Shown here: piece by piece, positions 1-16,800 of the stretch
Numbering within the stretch: position 1 is the stretch's first letter
Layout of the letters: the number at the start of each line of letters is the position of its first letter
Assembly (NCBI GenBank): GCA_949358305.1
Contig: OX442314.1
Coordinates: forward strand, 26,474,001 to 26,538,000
DNA length: 64,000 bases
DNA from: Strigamia acuminata
Lineage: Eukaryota
Direction: 5' to 3'
The notes under the pieces: model-generated
The model's input: the letters and a program-made list of their open reading frames with translations, nothing else
Told to the model about the DNA's origin: nothing
The model's database searches: none
Translations under genes and position numbers: made by a program

Positions 1-3000
1 TAAACGTACGAAAATTACGATATCTTAAATAAATAATTAATAAAAGTAAGTCAATTTTCATTAATTGTGTTTAAAATTGTATAATTTTGTGTAAAATTGT
101 ATATTTTTGTCTATAATTTTATATTTTTGGTAAAATTGTATATTTTTTGTGCGTTTTCGACTACAAACTGCATTTTTAGCTTATAAAAAGCCTTTATGAG
201 GTTATAAGCTGCATTTTCGTGATTAAAAACTGCATTTTCGTGATTAAAAACTGCATTTTCGTGATTAAAAACTGCATTTTCGTGATTAAAAACTGCATTT
301 TCGTGATTAAAAACTGCATTTTCGTGATTAAAAACTGCATTTTCGTGATTAAAAACTGCATTTTCGTGATTAAAAACTGCATTTTCGTGATTAAAAACTG
401 CATTTTCGTGATTAAAAACTGCATTTTCGTGATTAAAAACTGCATTTTCGTGATTAAAAACTGCATTTTCGTGATTAAAAACTGCATTTTCGTGATTAAA
501 AACTGCATTTTCGTGATTAAAAACTGCATTTTCGTGATTAAAAACTGCATTTTCGTGATTAAAAACTGCATTTTCGTGATTAAAAACTGCATTTTCTTGC
601 TTAAAAACTGCATTTTCGAGCTTAAAAATAATCTTTCGAGGATAAAAGTTATATTTTTAAGCATAAAGTTGCATTTTCGTGCTTAAAACCGACTTTTTAA
701 GACATAAAATATATTTTCTCCGTAAAATTAACATTCCATTTTCCGACCCAAACGTACACACCTTTCAAAGTCAAACGCGCGTACAGTTCCATCCAAAGAA
801 GACGACACAAGAAACTTGCCACTTTTACTAAAAGCAATCCCCGTGATGCTCGCCGCGTGTTCCGAAAACGTTTTAAAACACAATCCCGATGTCGTATCCC
901 ACAATTTGACTTTGCTGTCGTCCCCGCCCGTCGCCAACCGCAGACCGTTGGGCGAATACGCCACACACCGCATGCAATTAACGTGTCCCTGTTGATTCAT
1001 CACGTACGACTCGCTCTGCCACTCCCAAACAACTAGTTGACCCAGAGTGGGACAAGCCAACGCGATCCAATCGCCGCTATTATTAATACAAATACTCGAG
1101 ATCATCAATTGATCTTCAATGCTAAAAAAAAAAATTAAAATTAAAAATTAATTTTCTTAAATGATAATCAAATTTCGCACCAGAACGCATAAAGTAATTT
1201 CACTTCCGGCATTTCGTGAAGGAAAAACGAGCCGTTTGAGAAGCCGCAAACGAGAATGTCCATCTTCTTGCTGTAATCGACGGCCGATAAATGAATATTC
1301 GCTCCTTGTTTACGGACCAAATCGCCCAAATAATGGCGCGCTTTTCTCTTGTAATTCACGTTTTCTATTTCGAATTCTTTGCCGTTGTTCTGGCTCAACT
1401 GCTCCTTGGTTTTCATTATCAATCCTTTGAAACCAGCGCTGCAAACCCACACGCACACTTGTCCGTTGCGACTGATGCTGTAGACCTGCAATTTAAAACA
1501 ATGTTTTTCTAATGGTAAGGACTGAATTTGGTGATTCTACGTACGTCCATTGAGTTTTTCTTAAAGAAACAACCCTTGATCGAGTCGGTGTGGCCGGCGA
1601 GAGTGATGCAAAGTGGGAAATTGATAAATTTCTCGATGGAATAAACTCGCGAAGTCATGTTTTTCGATCCGACGGCTAAAAACCTGATTTTAATCAATGT
1701 TAATTAATAATCAATGGATTTTTTCAATTTTAGATTTATTCGATTTACCTGGAGTCTGATGACCAATCGAGACTCACGGTGTCGTCGTAAAAGTCTTTGA
1801 TGATTCTATCTATTGTGAAATGCCCGTGGATATTGGGCGCTTTAAATACGGTCACGAAACTGTCTTTGGTAACTGCGTAGTACCTACGGATGAAAATAAA
1901 ATATTATGAAGGAATTTTATATATATTTATTAATTTCGCACCTTCCATCAGGACTGAATTGAATCGCGCGGATTTTCTTATTGAATCTGTGCGTGCCAAC
2001 AACTGTACGACTTTCAAGATCGATAAACGATGCATCACCCTCTGAAAAAATAGTTAAAATACCTCATTTAAATTACTATTACAATTCAAATACAATTCAA
2101 TGACTTTTTATAAACACTGCATTTTTTGTACATTATGGCTTTAAAAATGTATTTGTTTGCTTAAAAAGTGCATTTTTTATATACTTTGGCTGTTAAAATG
2201 CATTTATACGCTTAAAAAACACATTTTTTGTACATTTTAGCTGTTAAAATGCATTTATACGCTTAAAAAACACATTTTTTGTACATTTTAGCTGTTAAAA
2301 TGCATTTGTACGCTTATAAAACACATTTTTTGTACATTTTAGCTGTTAAAATGCATTTATACGCTTAAAAAACACATTTTTTGTACATTTTAGCTGTTAA
2401 AATGCATTTGTACGCTTATAAAACACATTTTTTGTACATTTTAGCTGTTAAAATGCATTTATACGCTTAAAAAACACATTTTTTGTACATTTTAGCTGTT
2501 GAAATGCATTTATACGCTTAAAAAACACATTTTTTGTACATTTTAGCTGTTAAAATGCATTTATACGCTTAAAAAACACATTTTTTGTACATTTTAGCTG
2601 TTAAAATGCATTTCTACGCTTATAAAACACATTTTTTGTACATTTTAGCTGTTGAAATGCATTTATACGCTTAAAAAACACATTTTTTGTACAGTTTAGC
2701 TGTTATTATAATTTAAAGATTAATTTTTGTCTATAAATGCTCGATGTCCGTCAGAATATTTACCTTCATTCACTGCAATGAGATTAGTACCATGCGTATC
2801 CAATGCCAAACACGTTAGATTAAATCGTCCTTCGAAAGGCAATGTTTGCGACGTATTACTAACAAAAAAAAACAAATTAAATAAAAAAGACTTTTAATTT
2901 TTAACACACAAAATAATAATTACTTCTTGAGATCAAATAACGTAATTCGGTTGCCAACAGGACTAATAACAACATTTCCATCATTACTGAAGATCACATT

Positions 3001-3114
3001 TCCTTTCCGGTACACCGATCCCAACAGACTCGAAAACTAAAAAAAAAACCAACAAAAATTAACACTAAACATCAATTCTCAACTGAAATAACCAAAAACC
3101 TTAAAATTAAACAT
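1..3114 (-). CDS. PWP2: Periodic tryptophan protein 2 (UTP1), WD40 SSU-processome subunit; multi-exon, 3' part outside window
   Basis: ATG at 3114. Exon 1 MFNFK (3114-3100) splices GT..AG to FSSLLGSVYRKGNVIFSNDGNVVISPVGNRITLFDLK. Later exons give GQLVVWEWQSESYVMNQQGH...ATGGDDSKVKLWD...SSSLDGTVRAFD, and an exon at 23-1 gives RYRNFRTF. All are PWP2 hallmarks. Confidence 0.95.
209..625. repeat. 21-bp minisatellite (CTGCATTTTCGTGATTAAAAA)n, ~19 copies, in PWP2 intron
   Basis: Directly visible tandem array; explains spurious ORFs 194..664 and 219..686. Confidence 0.95.
2170..2705. repeat. 51-bp tandem repeat in PWP2 intron, ~10 copies
   Basis: ACATTTTTTGTACATTTTAGCTGTTAAAATGCATTTATACGCTTAAAAAAC recurs at 2221, 2272, 2323 and onward. 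Confidence 0.9.
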
Positions 3115-3254
3115 ATTTCTTCCACGCTTTCAAAAGCGTGCTTTCAAGCATAAGTCTCCCGTTAACCTCTTCGCGCATGCGCACTGACGTCAACAAGAAC
3201 CATCCTCCGTGTAGCAAAAAAATCACAACGAAACCAGAGGCACCCAACAAAAAA
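3115..3254. promoter_or_regulatory. Bidirectional promoter PWP2/HDAC3
   Basis: Only 140 bp between divergent ATGs. Contains palindromic NRF1/ewg-type GCGCATGCGC (3173-3182) and CRE TGACGTCA (3185-3192). Confidence 0.75.
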
Positions 3255-6219
<2,965 letters not shown>

Positions 6220-6369
6220 AACTTTTTTTTAAAATTTTTTAATCCATTTTAATTATTTTAATTAATCCGGTGTAATGAACTTCATTTCTGTAAATACACG
6301 CTTTTTATATATCACATAATCTCACTTTTTTTACACAATAAAATTAAAAAAAAAAAATAATAATTTTTT

Positions 6370-8443
6370 TCAATCGCTCCAATCATCGTTGGTCACATTC
6401 ACACGTTTGCCGTCCCCATTTTGAAGATAATCGCTGTACGACTCCGCCTGATCGTGATACGGAGTCCAGACCAAAATATTGTGGTCGTTGGCGCCGCTGT
6501 AGAGCTCGGGATTAAACGGATGCACCACGCAGCAATTGACGCTGTTGAAGTGCCCCACGAGTTTGTTTATCAAGAGTCCATTGTGCGTTTCGTAGGCGCA
6601 AATTCGTCCTTGACAGGGCACGAACACGACGCCCGGGTGCGAATTCCTCGTCAAGTCGAATTTAATCGTCTTCCGACTCTCGTTTTCGATTTTTCCGAAG
6701 TTGACGGTCTCCTTGCGACCCGTGGACAAGTTCCAGGCGAACAAATTGTTGTCGGTGCCGTAGGAGTAGAGGGAAAAGCCGTCGTGGCTGAACGCCAGGC
6801 CGTTGACGCGTCCGTTGTGCGCGCTGCACACTTTGCGCGACGCGCCGCTCTTGTTGTGCGGATCGAAGCGGTGCAGGACAGATTTCGGGGTGCGGATGTC
6901 CCAGAGCAGGAGCGAGTTGTCGCAGCTTCCGGACGCCAGCATGAATTCGTGGTTCGGGGACCATTTGACGCACATGACCATTCCTGAGTGGCCGCGCAGC
7001 TCGTGGGTGCTGCAGCCGGATTTTAAGTCGACTAAGGTGACGTGAGCGGTCGTGCGTGCGGCTGAAATTGGAAATTTTTGGGTCATTTTGTTTTAATTTT
7101 GTTTGTTTTTTGGTTTACCGGCGATTAGGTTGTGCGAGGTGGCGATGGTGGATATGTGGTGTTGGTAAATGCGTTTGAGGAGTTTGAATTCGCCGACGGT
7201 TTTCAGGGTGTTTGTGTCCCAGATTTTTAAACTTCCGTCCAAATCACTCGAAGTGAACATGCCGGTGTCGATCGGCGACCATTGGACCGTCTCGACGCTA
7301 AATTTGTGGCCTTTTTTGTAATTTCTTCAAATAAAAACGAAAACGTTGTTATCGATAATGTAGAAATTAACCGTATTTTACCATGTGAATACATGCCCCG
7401 ATTAAACGCCGCACTCCAATACAAGCAGTGACGTCTAATCAGTAAAATACGGTATTTAACTTGTGATAAATTAGTGTAAAAAACCATAAAATAGCGCAAA
7501 ATACTGTACAAATCCGTGAATTACGATAAAATAGCCTAAAATACTGTGAAATACGATATAAAAAAATTAAATACATGAATTGTAAAATGCAATAAAATTA
7601 AGTAAACTATTGTAGAAGACAATAAAACAGCTTAGATTAATGTAAAACACTGAGAAATACGATAAAATAGCGTAAAATAATGTAAAATACTGTAAAATAC
7701 AATAAAATAGCGTAAAATAATGTAAAATACAATAAAATAGTGTAAAATACTGTGAAATACTGTAAAATACAATAAAATACTGTAAAATACAATAAAATAC
7801 TGTAAAATACAATAAAATAGCGTAAATTAACGTAAAAGACGATTTAAAAAAGGTAAAACACGAAAAATGCAATAAAATTGAGTAAAATATAAAATATTAA
7901 AAAAACAATAAATTTTAAAAACAATCTGATAAACACGGTAAAATACAGTAAAACACGGTAAAACACAGTAAAATACAGTAAAACACGGTAAAACACAGTA
8001 AAATACAGTAAAACACGGTAAAACACAGTAAAATACAGTAAAACACGGTAAAACACAGTAAAATACAGTAAAATAGGATATTTATACCAAAAAATATAAA
8101 CTACCTATCTATTTTCGATATTACTTGGCACGTATAGTCCGGTTTACCTCGTAGATTATCTGTATCGTGAATAACTACAGTTCCATCAGAACTCCCCGAC
8201 AGCATACTAAAAAAAAATTGTTTATCGTAAATGAATTAGAAAGTATTTATTTGGAATTTTGTTTACTTACTACCGGCCTTCAATCGACTCGATATCCAAC
8301 GTGTTAACGCCTGCAGTGTGCGCTTGTTCCACGTCTACATACTTGCTCAACTCTATGGAATAACTTCTACGCGTACTTTCAGCATAAATTAATGCTGTCG
8401 GGTCTAACGTCCCATTTCTTATGTTATCTAAAAACCGCAGCAT
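6370..8443 (-). CDS. ERCC8: DNA excision repair protein ERCC-8 / Cockayne syndrome A (WD40 DCAF)
   Basis: ATG 8443: MLRFLDNIRNG...AESTRRSYSIELSK...GVNTLDIESIEGR/YMLSG. Last exon LVDLKSGCSTHELRGH...AHNGRVNGL...ELYSGANDHNILVW...DDWSD*. Confidence 0.93.
7640..8075. repeat. 10-bp-unit tandem repeats (TGTAAAATAC / AAACACAGTA variants) in ERCC8 intron
   Basis: Units align with the 10-nt blocks; higher-order 30-bp unit at 7950-8070. Confidence 0.85.
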
Positions 8444-9592
8444 CTTTTCACAACAACAAACCAGCAGCGGCCATCTTGGATTTGTTTCGGAGCGCCATTT
8501 ATTGACAAAAATTGACATCACCGAAGCTGATCGACTCGGGAATTATTATTGAATCGAATTATTATTGTGATTTGAAATTACTGTTTTTATTTTTTCAGGT
8601 TATAATTTTAATTTAACGGTTCTTGCAAAATGAACATCAAGAATTAAAACCGGAAACTGGACCCATTACATCGTACACTCAAAACTGCCATTCAGGTTGC
8701 CTTGGTTACTAACAAATGCAATTATTATTACTACAGAAAATCCACTTTTACATTTCCATTTTCATTCCAGCTGGAATTCAATGTTGGCAAATTTCCATCA
8801 GAAAAGTCTAACCAATCCACCACATTATTAATCCAATTAATGTTTTGAAATTGAAGAAAAATTAAAAATTAAAATTAAAAGATTTTCTTCTTCTTTTCTC
8901 TATGTGAGTAAAAATATTGAACCAACAAAGCAAGGACAAGAATAAAGTGTATTTACAATCACTTTTTTTTGTATAATTTTTGTATTTTTTGCTTTTTTTT
9001 TTTGGTTTTTTTGTGTCCCCTCCATTTTAATTTATACAAAATTTTATTTTTGCACAACTTGCTAGGATTTTATTTTTAAATTTTTTAAATTTTTCAATTT
9101 TTTAGCTCCGATAAATTCATTTTTCACGTTTCCCCGCCCACTAATACAATATATCGAATTACAACAAAACAAATGGACATGACAAATTTAAAACTTGACC
9201 CTTTTTGCTTTTAATTTTAATTTAAAAAAAAAAAAATAAAATAGAAAAAAAAAATAGAGAAAAAAAAAATATTTTTAAAAAAAAAATATTTTTAAAAAAA
9301 AAATATTAAAATAATTTCTTGTGCAGCTTGGAACAAAATCAATCCTCTTTTTCATCTATAATAAATAAAAGATTTAAAAAAGAAAGAAAGATCCAAATAA
9401 TTAAATTTTAAAATTTAAAATTTAAAAAATTTAAAATTTAAAAAATTTAAAATTTAAAAATTTAAAAATTTAGAAATTTAAAAATTTAGAAATTTAGAAA
9501 TTTGAAATTTAAGAAAGTAAAAATAAAAAAATTAAAAATTGAAATGAAGATTGGCGTACGGAGAGCTTACATTAGTAAGCCCAGAACCAGGG

Positions 9593-12500
9593 TCACACGC
9601 GAAGAATTTCCAAGCAATTATTATAACAAATAGCAATCCAATCTGGTTGTGTACACGCCCATTGGATTTGATTAATTTCTCCTTCAGCCGTATACGCAAG
9701 AATAGGATCCTCGATTGCACGGGGCATCTGTTGAATATCCCATATAAGTGCTTGGTGGTCATCCGCTACTTAAAAAAAAAATACAAAATCAATTTCTCAT
9801 GTTGAAGGAGGCAGCTTGTTTACAGTTGTAAACAATTTTTTTTTAAAAATAATTCTATTTTTGTTTAAAAATAATTCTATTTTTGTTTAAAAAAAATCAA
9901 TTTGCTTTTAAAAAATTAAATTTTTTCTTATAAAACTTAAATCATTTGCAATAAAAATAAAAAAAATTTCTTAAAATTCAATATTTACCGCGGCAACAGT
10001 GTACCGCGACACTAAAATTCAATTTTTGTCACTAAAATTCAATTTTTGTCACTAAAATTCAATTTTTGTCACTAAAATTCAATTTTTGTCACTAAAATTC
10101 AATTTTTGTCACTAAAATTCAATTTTTGTCACTAAAATTCAATTTTTGTCACTAAAATTCAATTTTTGTCACTAAAATTCAATTTTTGTCGCTAAAATTC
10201 AATTATTATCACTAAAATTCAATTTTTGTCACTAAAATTCAATTTTTATCACTAAAATATAATTTTTATCACTAAAATATAATTTTTATCTTTAAAATTT
10301 AATTTTTCTAACTAAAATTAATAAAAATTAATAAAAATAATTTAAAAAAATAAATTTTTCTTCTAAAAATTCCATTTTTTGAATGTTTACTTTAATGCCG
10401 GTCACTTCCAACTCACTTTCCCATTAAAAAACTCACAATTAATGCAATCTATCTATCAACTCACCTGCAGTACAGATATGACATGATGAATGTGGTGCCC
10501 ATGCAATTCCATTAACGCACGCTCTGTGATTATTTAACCGAGCTACAGGTGTGCACGGTACTCTTACATCCAATATAATTACCTAAAAATAATTTGAATT
10601 CAAAAAAATAAAAAAACAAAAACAAAAAATAAAATAAAAAAAATTACTTCGCATGCATCCATCGCCATTGTAGCTAGATAATTTGGGTCCTGTTTATTCC
10701 AAGCAAGTCGCAACAGAGGATGATGTTGTGGATCTTCGTAAATTATCGTCGAATGCTCCAAATGTCTCAAATCGAACATTCGAACTGAACCATCAGCACC
10801 TATTAAACTTCGGCTTTAATAATGGAATAATAATAATAACATGGCTGTTTCAAAGCGTACCAACACTTGCAAACATATCGCGCCCGCCACCTGCTCGACT
10901 GAACGCGATGTCGTAAACTTCCTTATCGTGAGCTATCAGTTGTGTTTTTACGTGACCAGAAACTAAGTTAACTCTTCCGAGAACTTGACCCGTCTGCAAA
11001 TCATAATTTGTTACACAATATTGAAAAAAATTAAAAAATCTTGTTTTAGGCAAAAATTTTATATTTTTTTACCTACAAATTGTATTTTTTAAAGCCAAAA
11101 ATTGCATATTTCACGTGAAAAATTCAATTTTTAGACAAAAAATGAATAATTAATGAATAATTAATGAATAATTAATTTTCTTGGAAAAAAATTGCATATT
11201 TTTAATTAAAAAGTTGAATTTTTCCAAGTAAAACTAAATTAAATTGTAAAACTAATCAATTTCAACGCGTTTACCAACAAATTGCATTTTTTAAAGCCAA
11301 AAATTGCATATTTCACGTGAAAAATTCAATTTTTAGAATAAAAACTGCATTATTTTATGTCAATAATTAATTTCTTTAGAAAAAAATTGCACATTTTTAA
11401 TTAAAAACTTGAATTTTTCAAAGTAAAACTAAATTAAATTGTAAAACCAATCAATTTGAACGCATAAAAAGCCTAAATTTACTTCTAGTCCCCAAATGGT
11501 ACATGTTGTATCGATGCTCGAGGTTCCTAATAAATTCGGATCCACTTCATTCCAGTCAAAAGATGTTAAAGGTGCACAGAAATCAGAATTTTTATTCTAC
11601 AAACAACCAAACGAAACGATTAATTTCCCACAATTGATCCATTATTAAAAAAACAAACAAACCTAACAAACTTACATTGTTTAAAAGACATTCCAATCTT
11701 GTTTCCGGATCCCCAGATCTCCATACACGCAGATAATCACCACTAGTGGCTAGTAGATCAGGATAAACGCCCTTCTACGAAGAACGCAAATCAAATTAAA
11801 ATCTTAACGTTTCGAGCTGCGATTATTCCGCAATCATCAACATACACTGTCTGGAATCCACATAATTTTTGTCGTAGGATACGGGTGATCAAATGTACTT
11901 TTGGCTGTGAACTCTGAAGTGTCTTCATCCAAGGATACAATTTGAACCTGACGAAACGAAAGTTAGCTCATTGATTTTTGTTTAAAAATTACTCTTAATT
12001 TCATGTTTGCTAGGATTGCCAGGCATAAAAAGACAACTCAATAAAATTGATTAAAGTGCACACTTCTTTACAATTTTTTTTTCCTGCAAATTTGAGTTGT
12101 TTAATATTTACTACAAACATTGCGTTTTTTTTTTAGAAAAATAAAAATTACCTTTTTTTAAACAAAAATTATATATTTTTATACGAAAATTGTAATATTT
12201 TAGACGCAAATTGTAATTTTTTAGACATAAATTGTAATTTTTTAGACATAAATTGTAATTTTTTAGACAAAAATTGTAATGTTTTAGACGCAAATTGTAA
12301 TTTTTTAGACAAAAATTATTTTTTTTAATTATATTTTTATACGAAAATGTATCATGAAAAAGTTAATTTCGTATCATATAAATATATACTGTAATAAAAA
12401 AGATAATTTCGTTTAATATAAATATATAATAAAAAAAGTTAATGTCGCATAATATAAACATATAATAAAAAAAGATAATTTCGTATTTTAAAACCTAAAT

Positions 12501-12922
12501 TGTATTCTTTAGACTAAAATTTCGTTTTTAGTACATTTTAACATCTAAATTGTATTTTTTAGACAAAAATTCAATTTATTTTAAACCAAAATTCAATTTT
12601 TGCCCAAAATTAAATTTTCTTTACACCAAAAATTATTTTTTTTTACTAATTAATATTATATCATTTCTTTATTTGGGCACCCTCACCCTTCCCCATGCAA
12701 TCCTTCCATTTCACTGCCCCAAAGACCTCACCAAAAACCCCTAAAACCCGGCAATCCCAACACCACAATCCATACTTTGTTATTGTATTCTTCGACGAAA
12801 CTTCCGAGGGCTAATCGAAACCTCTTGTCAGGCCTCACACTCCAATTCATGCTATAAACTGTCCAAGGTGCTTCATACTTGTAAATTTCTTTACGTTTTG
12901 TTGGAGCTCCATGAACAGCCAT
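9593..12922 (-). CDS. DCAF7: DDB1- and CUL4-associated factor 7 (WDR68/HAN11)
   Basis: [84 protein letters not shown]; last exon [24 protein letters not shown]...[11 protein letters not shown], stop at 9595-9593. Confidence 0.97.
10011..10300. repeat. 20-bp minisatellite (ACTAAAATTCAATTTTTGTC)n in DCAF7 intron
   Basis: ~14 near-perfect tandem copies. Confidence 0.95.
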
Positions 12923-13539
12923 TTTGAATTTTTCTCCTATTTATTATTATGATTAATACTATATTTTTTTTTTCAACTTTGCAGTTAGAATCCTGGTCTA
13001 CAGTCCGTTCTCAAGAAAAATTTGTTGCTTGTGGTATTTAATTTTTTTTTCTTTAATTTTCCGACTTCATTCAATCTAAAAATAACAAAAAACAAAATAA
13101 TGTTTTTCAAAAAAAAAAAATAAAAATAAAAATATCGAAAAAATCGAAAAAATAAAATATAAAAAATCCAAAAAAAATATTTTTTTTTGAAAATTTAAAA
13201 AATTCAAACTAACTACGACGGTTAAAAATGTTACAAACTTATATTTTTTGCAATGAATTCCATTAAAAAGAGAAAAAAAGAGAAAAAAAGAGGAGAAATG
13301 GTTTTTATCAGTTACTTTTACCAGTGCGGACTTCACGCAGTTGATCCATGTTGATGTTTACGTGATTTTGGACATGAATTAGACCTGACGCCCACCAATA
13401 CAGCGATGAAATTATTAAAAACTTCTATCCATTTTAATTTTCCTTCTCAAATCATCTATTTTCGCTAGAATTCCGACCGATCACTTACGAGAAGACGGAC
13501 TGTATCCAGACCAGCGGAATCTCTTCTAGGGGAAACAAA

Positions 13540-13700
13540 CAATAGCAATAGCGAATATGGCCGCCTTCAACCGCACCCGCCATCTCGTGTCATAACCTCG
13601 CATCGCTGCTGACATTCAAATACATCATGGTGCATGCGCAAAGAAAATGGCGGCTAGAAAATGGTAGGGGTGTGTTTATCCTGCGTGTTTACAACTTCTC
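13540..13700. promoter_or_regulatory. Likely divergent promoter region DCAF7/LMBRD2
   Basis: Locally GC-richer segment between divergent genes, with YY1/pho-type AAAATGGCGGC (13644-13654) and NRF1-like TGCATGCGCA (13631-13640). Confidence 0.5.
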
Positions 13701-13858
13701 CTTCATTCCTCTCGCGGTTAAAATAGAGTTAAAATACAGTTTGAACAATGGAATCATTTAGGAATTAAATATCTCAAACATCCAAGGTGATTTCGATTTT
13801 GTTTCAATATTTAAAGAGGAAATTTCGATTAATTTATGTATTTTTCATCAATTAACAG

Positions 13859-16800
13859 ATGTCAGTGGTGCCGCTCACCGTGGAAATTGTGTCCATGTTT
13901 GCACTAGCAGCTTTTCTTATTCATAAGTATGGGAATGTAGCGCGGCAACACGTTGCTGTGACAATTTCGGTTCTTGTGGCTTGGTATTTTTCATTTATAA
14001 TCATCTTCATCCTTCCTCTTGATGTTTCTTCTGTAAGTGGTATAAAATAAAATGGTAAAATATTATTATTCATCTTTGTTTTTTGTTTTTTCTAAATTTT
14101 CTTTAGACTATATACAGACAATGTATGCATAATAATGCCATGTCTATGTCTACTATTGCACCACCGAATATCAGTTCAGAAAACTCTACAAACGTTACTG
14201 AAACACCACCAGGTTTGGAAATTTTCCACTAAGAGTTCGTGCAAACTGCAACACGACTTAAAATTAATTTTTTGTTTCGAATTAAGATTTGACCCCGGCG
14301 TGTCTGGTTCCATGGAGTCACGTTCCGGAAAATGTCTTACCAAATTTATGGAGAATCGTGTACTGGACATCGCAAGTTTTAACATGGTAATATTTCATCA
14401 AGACATGGCCCTTTTTGGTAGGGTAACCTGAACTTAAGATTACAGTAGAACCAAACGATGGTTTAAATGAAAGACGGGTTAACCTTATCCGTTTTTAGCA
14501 AAGTTGACAAAATGAGGATTTTCATCAATGTATTTCAATGCATCTCTCAACCAATCACAGTGAGTCATGAAAATAATACGTTCACGTCGGACGTGAACGT
14601 AGCCACGTCGATGTATTAAACATTTTTCCCAAGGGATATGTGCACCATCGGTTAAGAAGCGCTGGGTTAAGCAAACAGCGGAAAAAGGCTGATTTTATTT
14701 TTCCTGTAATAAGCTTAGTACTCATATGCAGTTTCCTACGTAAGAAACCAGTCTGCCCACAGAAATTTTGCCTACAGAAAAAACTGGTACTCACTAGTTT
14801 TATTCCAGTCTTGGAATGTCTGTGAGATATGTTCTGTGACATAAAAAATTAACTTTCTGGCACGTCGATGCAACGGAAAGCTGATTTTCGTTTCCAGATA
14901 CAGAAACTTCAGTGGCACAGAAAGTAGCGATAGGTCTTGATAATTGGTGACCGGTCGTAATTTTTTTATATATGGCAGCAATCAGTTCTGCTAACAAATG
15001 CAAACAACTGTATATTCTATTTATAAAAATAGATTATTAGTTTATAAATAAAATTAAAAACAAACTAGCAAACTTATTCATCCTAACTCCAAAAGAAGCC
15101 TTAAAATTTTTTATTGGCATCCATCTTGTTTCTTTTTCATAGCCATTCACCATTTCTCTTCTGTTGCATAGAGCTGTGAGTACCACACAAAGTCTGGTTT
15201 GACAGACTGGCACATGTTCTGCGACGAGATGATTCTGATAGACTTTTCTGTCAAGTCTATACACACAGAAAAGTCTGCGTGGCCCGATCTATCCAGATTT
15301 CCCATTACTAAATTTGTTCCCAGTGCAGCCCTGAGCGATATCGGGCAAGGGCTTTTCTTGTAGTGCTCTGGCAAACATTTTGCCGCGCGTATCCAAATTA
15401 ACTTTATTCTACGGTATATGTTTATGTTTCAGGTGAACTATTTTTATTTGGTCAACATATTTTTAATTTTATTTATTTTTGTCCATCATAGGATTATTCT
15501 ACCGCTAATGCAGTCGTATTCTCAAGCCGGCGATTTCAACGTAGCTGGAAAGTTGAAATCTGCTTTGATAGACAACGCTATATATTACGGCAGTTTCTTG
15601 TTGATCTTTGGCGTTCTTTTGATCTACATAGCCGCAAGACCCGATGTTCCATTAGACACGTAAGATCACTCAGGTTGCCATCTGACAAAACCGTTTGAGT
15701 TTGAATATTTATCTTTTAGTGGGAAAAAATTAAAAATTATCTGCATCACTGCAAGTAACACCTGGGGACTATTTCTCTTGGTCCTTTTGTTGGGTTACGG
15801 GCTAGTGGAAGTGCCGAGAACATGCTGGAACAATTCTAAGCGAGGATACATGCTGAATTACAACTACTTCAAAGCATCCAAGTTGAGCATAGAGAAAATG
15901 GAAGCGGAGGAAGCGCTCGAAGACACGCTCGACGACATCGAGCGGATCGCAGAAACAATTACCCAGAGTCATCCGCTGCGGGCAAACTTGGATACCATCT
16001 TGGAAAAGGTTTGTGTATCATATCAGAGCCACATGGTAGCAGGGCCGCCTTGTGGGTGACAGGCGCCTTTGTGCAGGGTCGTATTTCAGCGCCCCATCTT
16101 GCCTGTTGACAGGGCTGGCGCAAGGGGTGCGGCGGCATCTGTGGGCGCACTATACTCTGACCATGTGTAAGTTTGGTCTAAATCCGAGCCTTTTCCCTGG
16201 TGTAGTGATACAAGAAAATAGATCCAAACACCAGGATTGCAACCGATCTACTGAAAATAGTAAGCGAACGTTCTAAGATTTTTGGAAGAAGCAAGCAATA
16301 AATTCTGAACTATTTTTCCTGGTGGCAGCACAGAGTGAGTTATGAGGCTCGGATTTAGGCCAAACTTACACATGGCCAGAGTATAACCGATTTTTCCAAA
16401 AAAAAATTCTTTTACTGTTTAAAAGGGTGGCATATGCCTTGCTCGCCTCAGGTGGAAATATGTGTTGCACCGGATCTGCCTGTTGATCAGGAGCACACCG
16501 CACGCGGCGGCCCCTTCATGATGGCACCGTTCTGTATTACCGTAAATGAAGTAAGATGTTCTAAAGCCAATTTGTCGTACAGTGTCCAGAAGCGCTACAA
16601 AACAGGCTCAACAACCCGAGTTTGCGTCCGCCGAGCGAAGTGCCAGCGCAAGTTGGGTCTGACAAATCATTAGTCCGACTACATCGTCAACTCATCAAAA
16701 CCATGAAAACGCATCATCGAACCCAAACACAGTGGAATAATTTAATCGACAAGGCACTGCATCTGGAAGATGTCGCCCGCAACGAAGGCAGTAACGAGAA

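Noticed and set aside
194..686. Repetitive ORFs (MQFLITK)n / (IKNCIFV)n, and similar ORFs at 4595, 7567-8056, 20169 and 22339-22582
   Set aside because: Translations of intronic minisatellites.
10011..10300. Regular short repeats resembling a CRISPR array
   Set aside because: Head-to-tail with no unique spacers, no cas genes, eukaryotic intron context.
14443..15414. Possible Tc1/pogo-type MITE (TA|CAGTAGAA...TTCTACGG|TA) in LMBRD2 intron
   Set aside because: TIR too short and imperfect to support without other copies.
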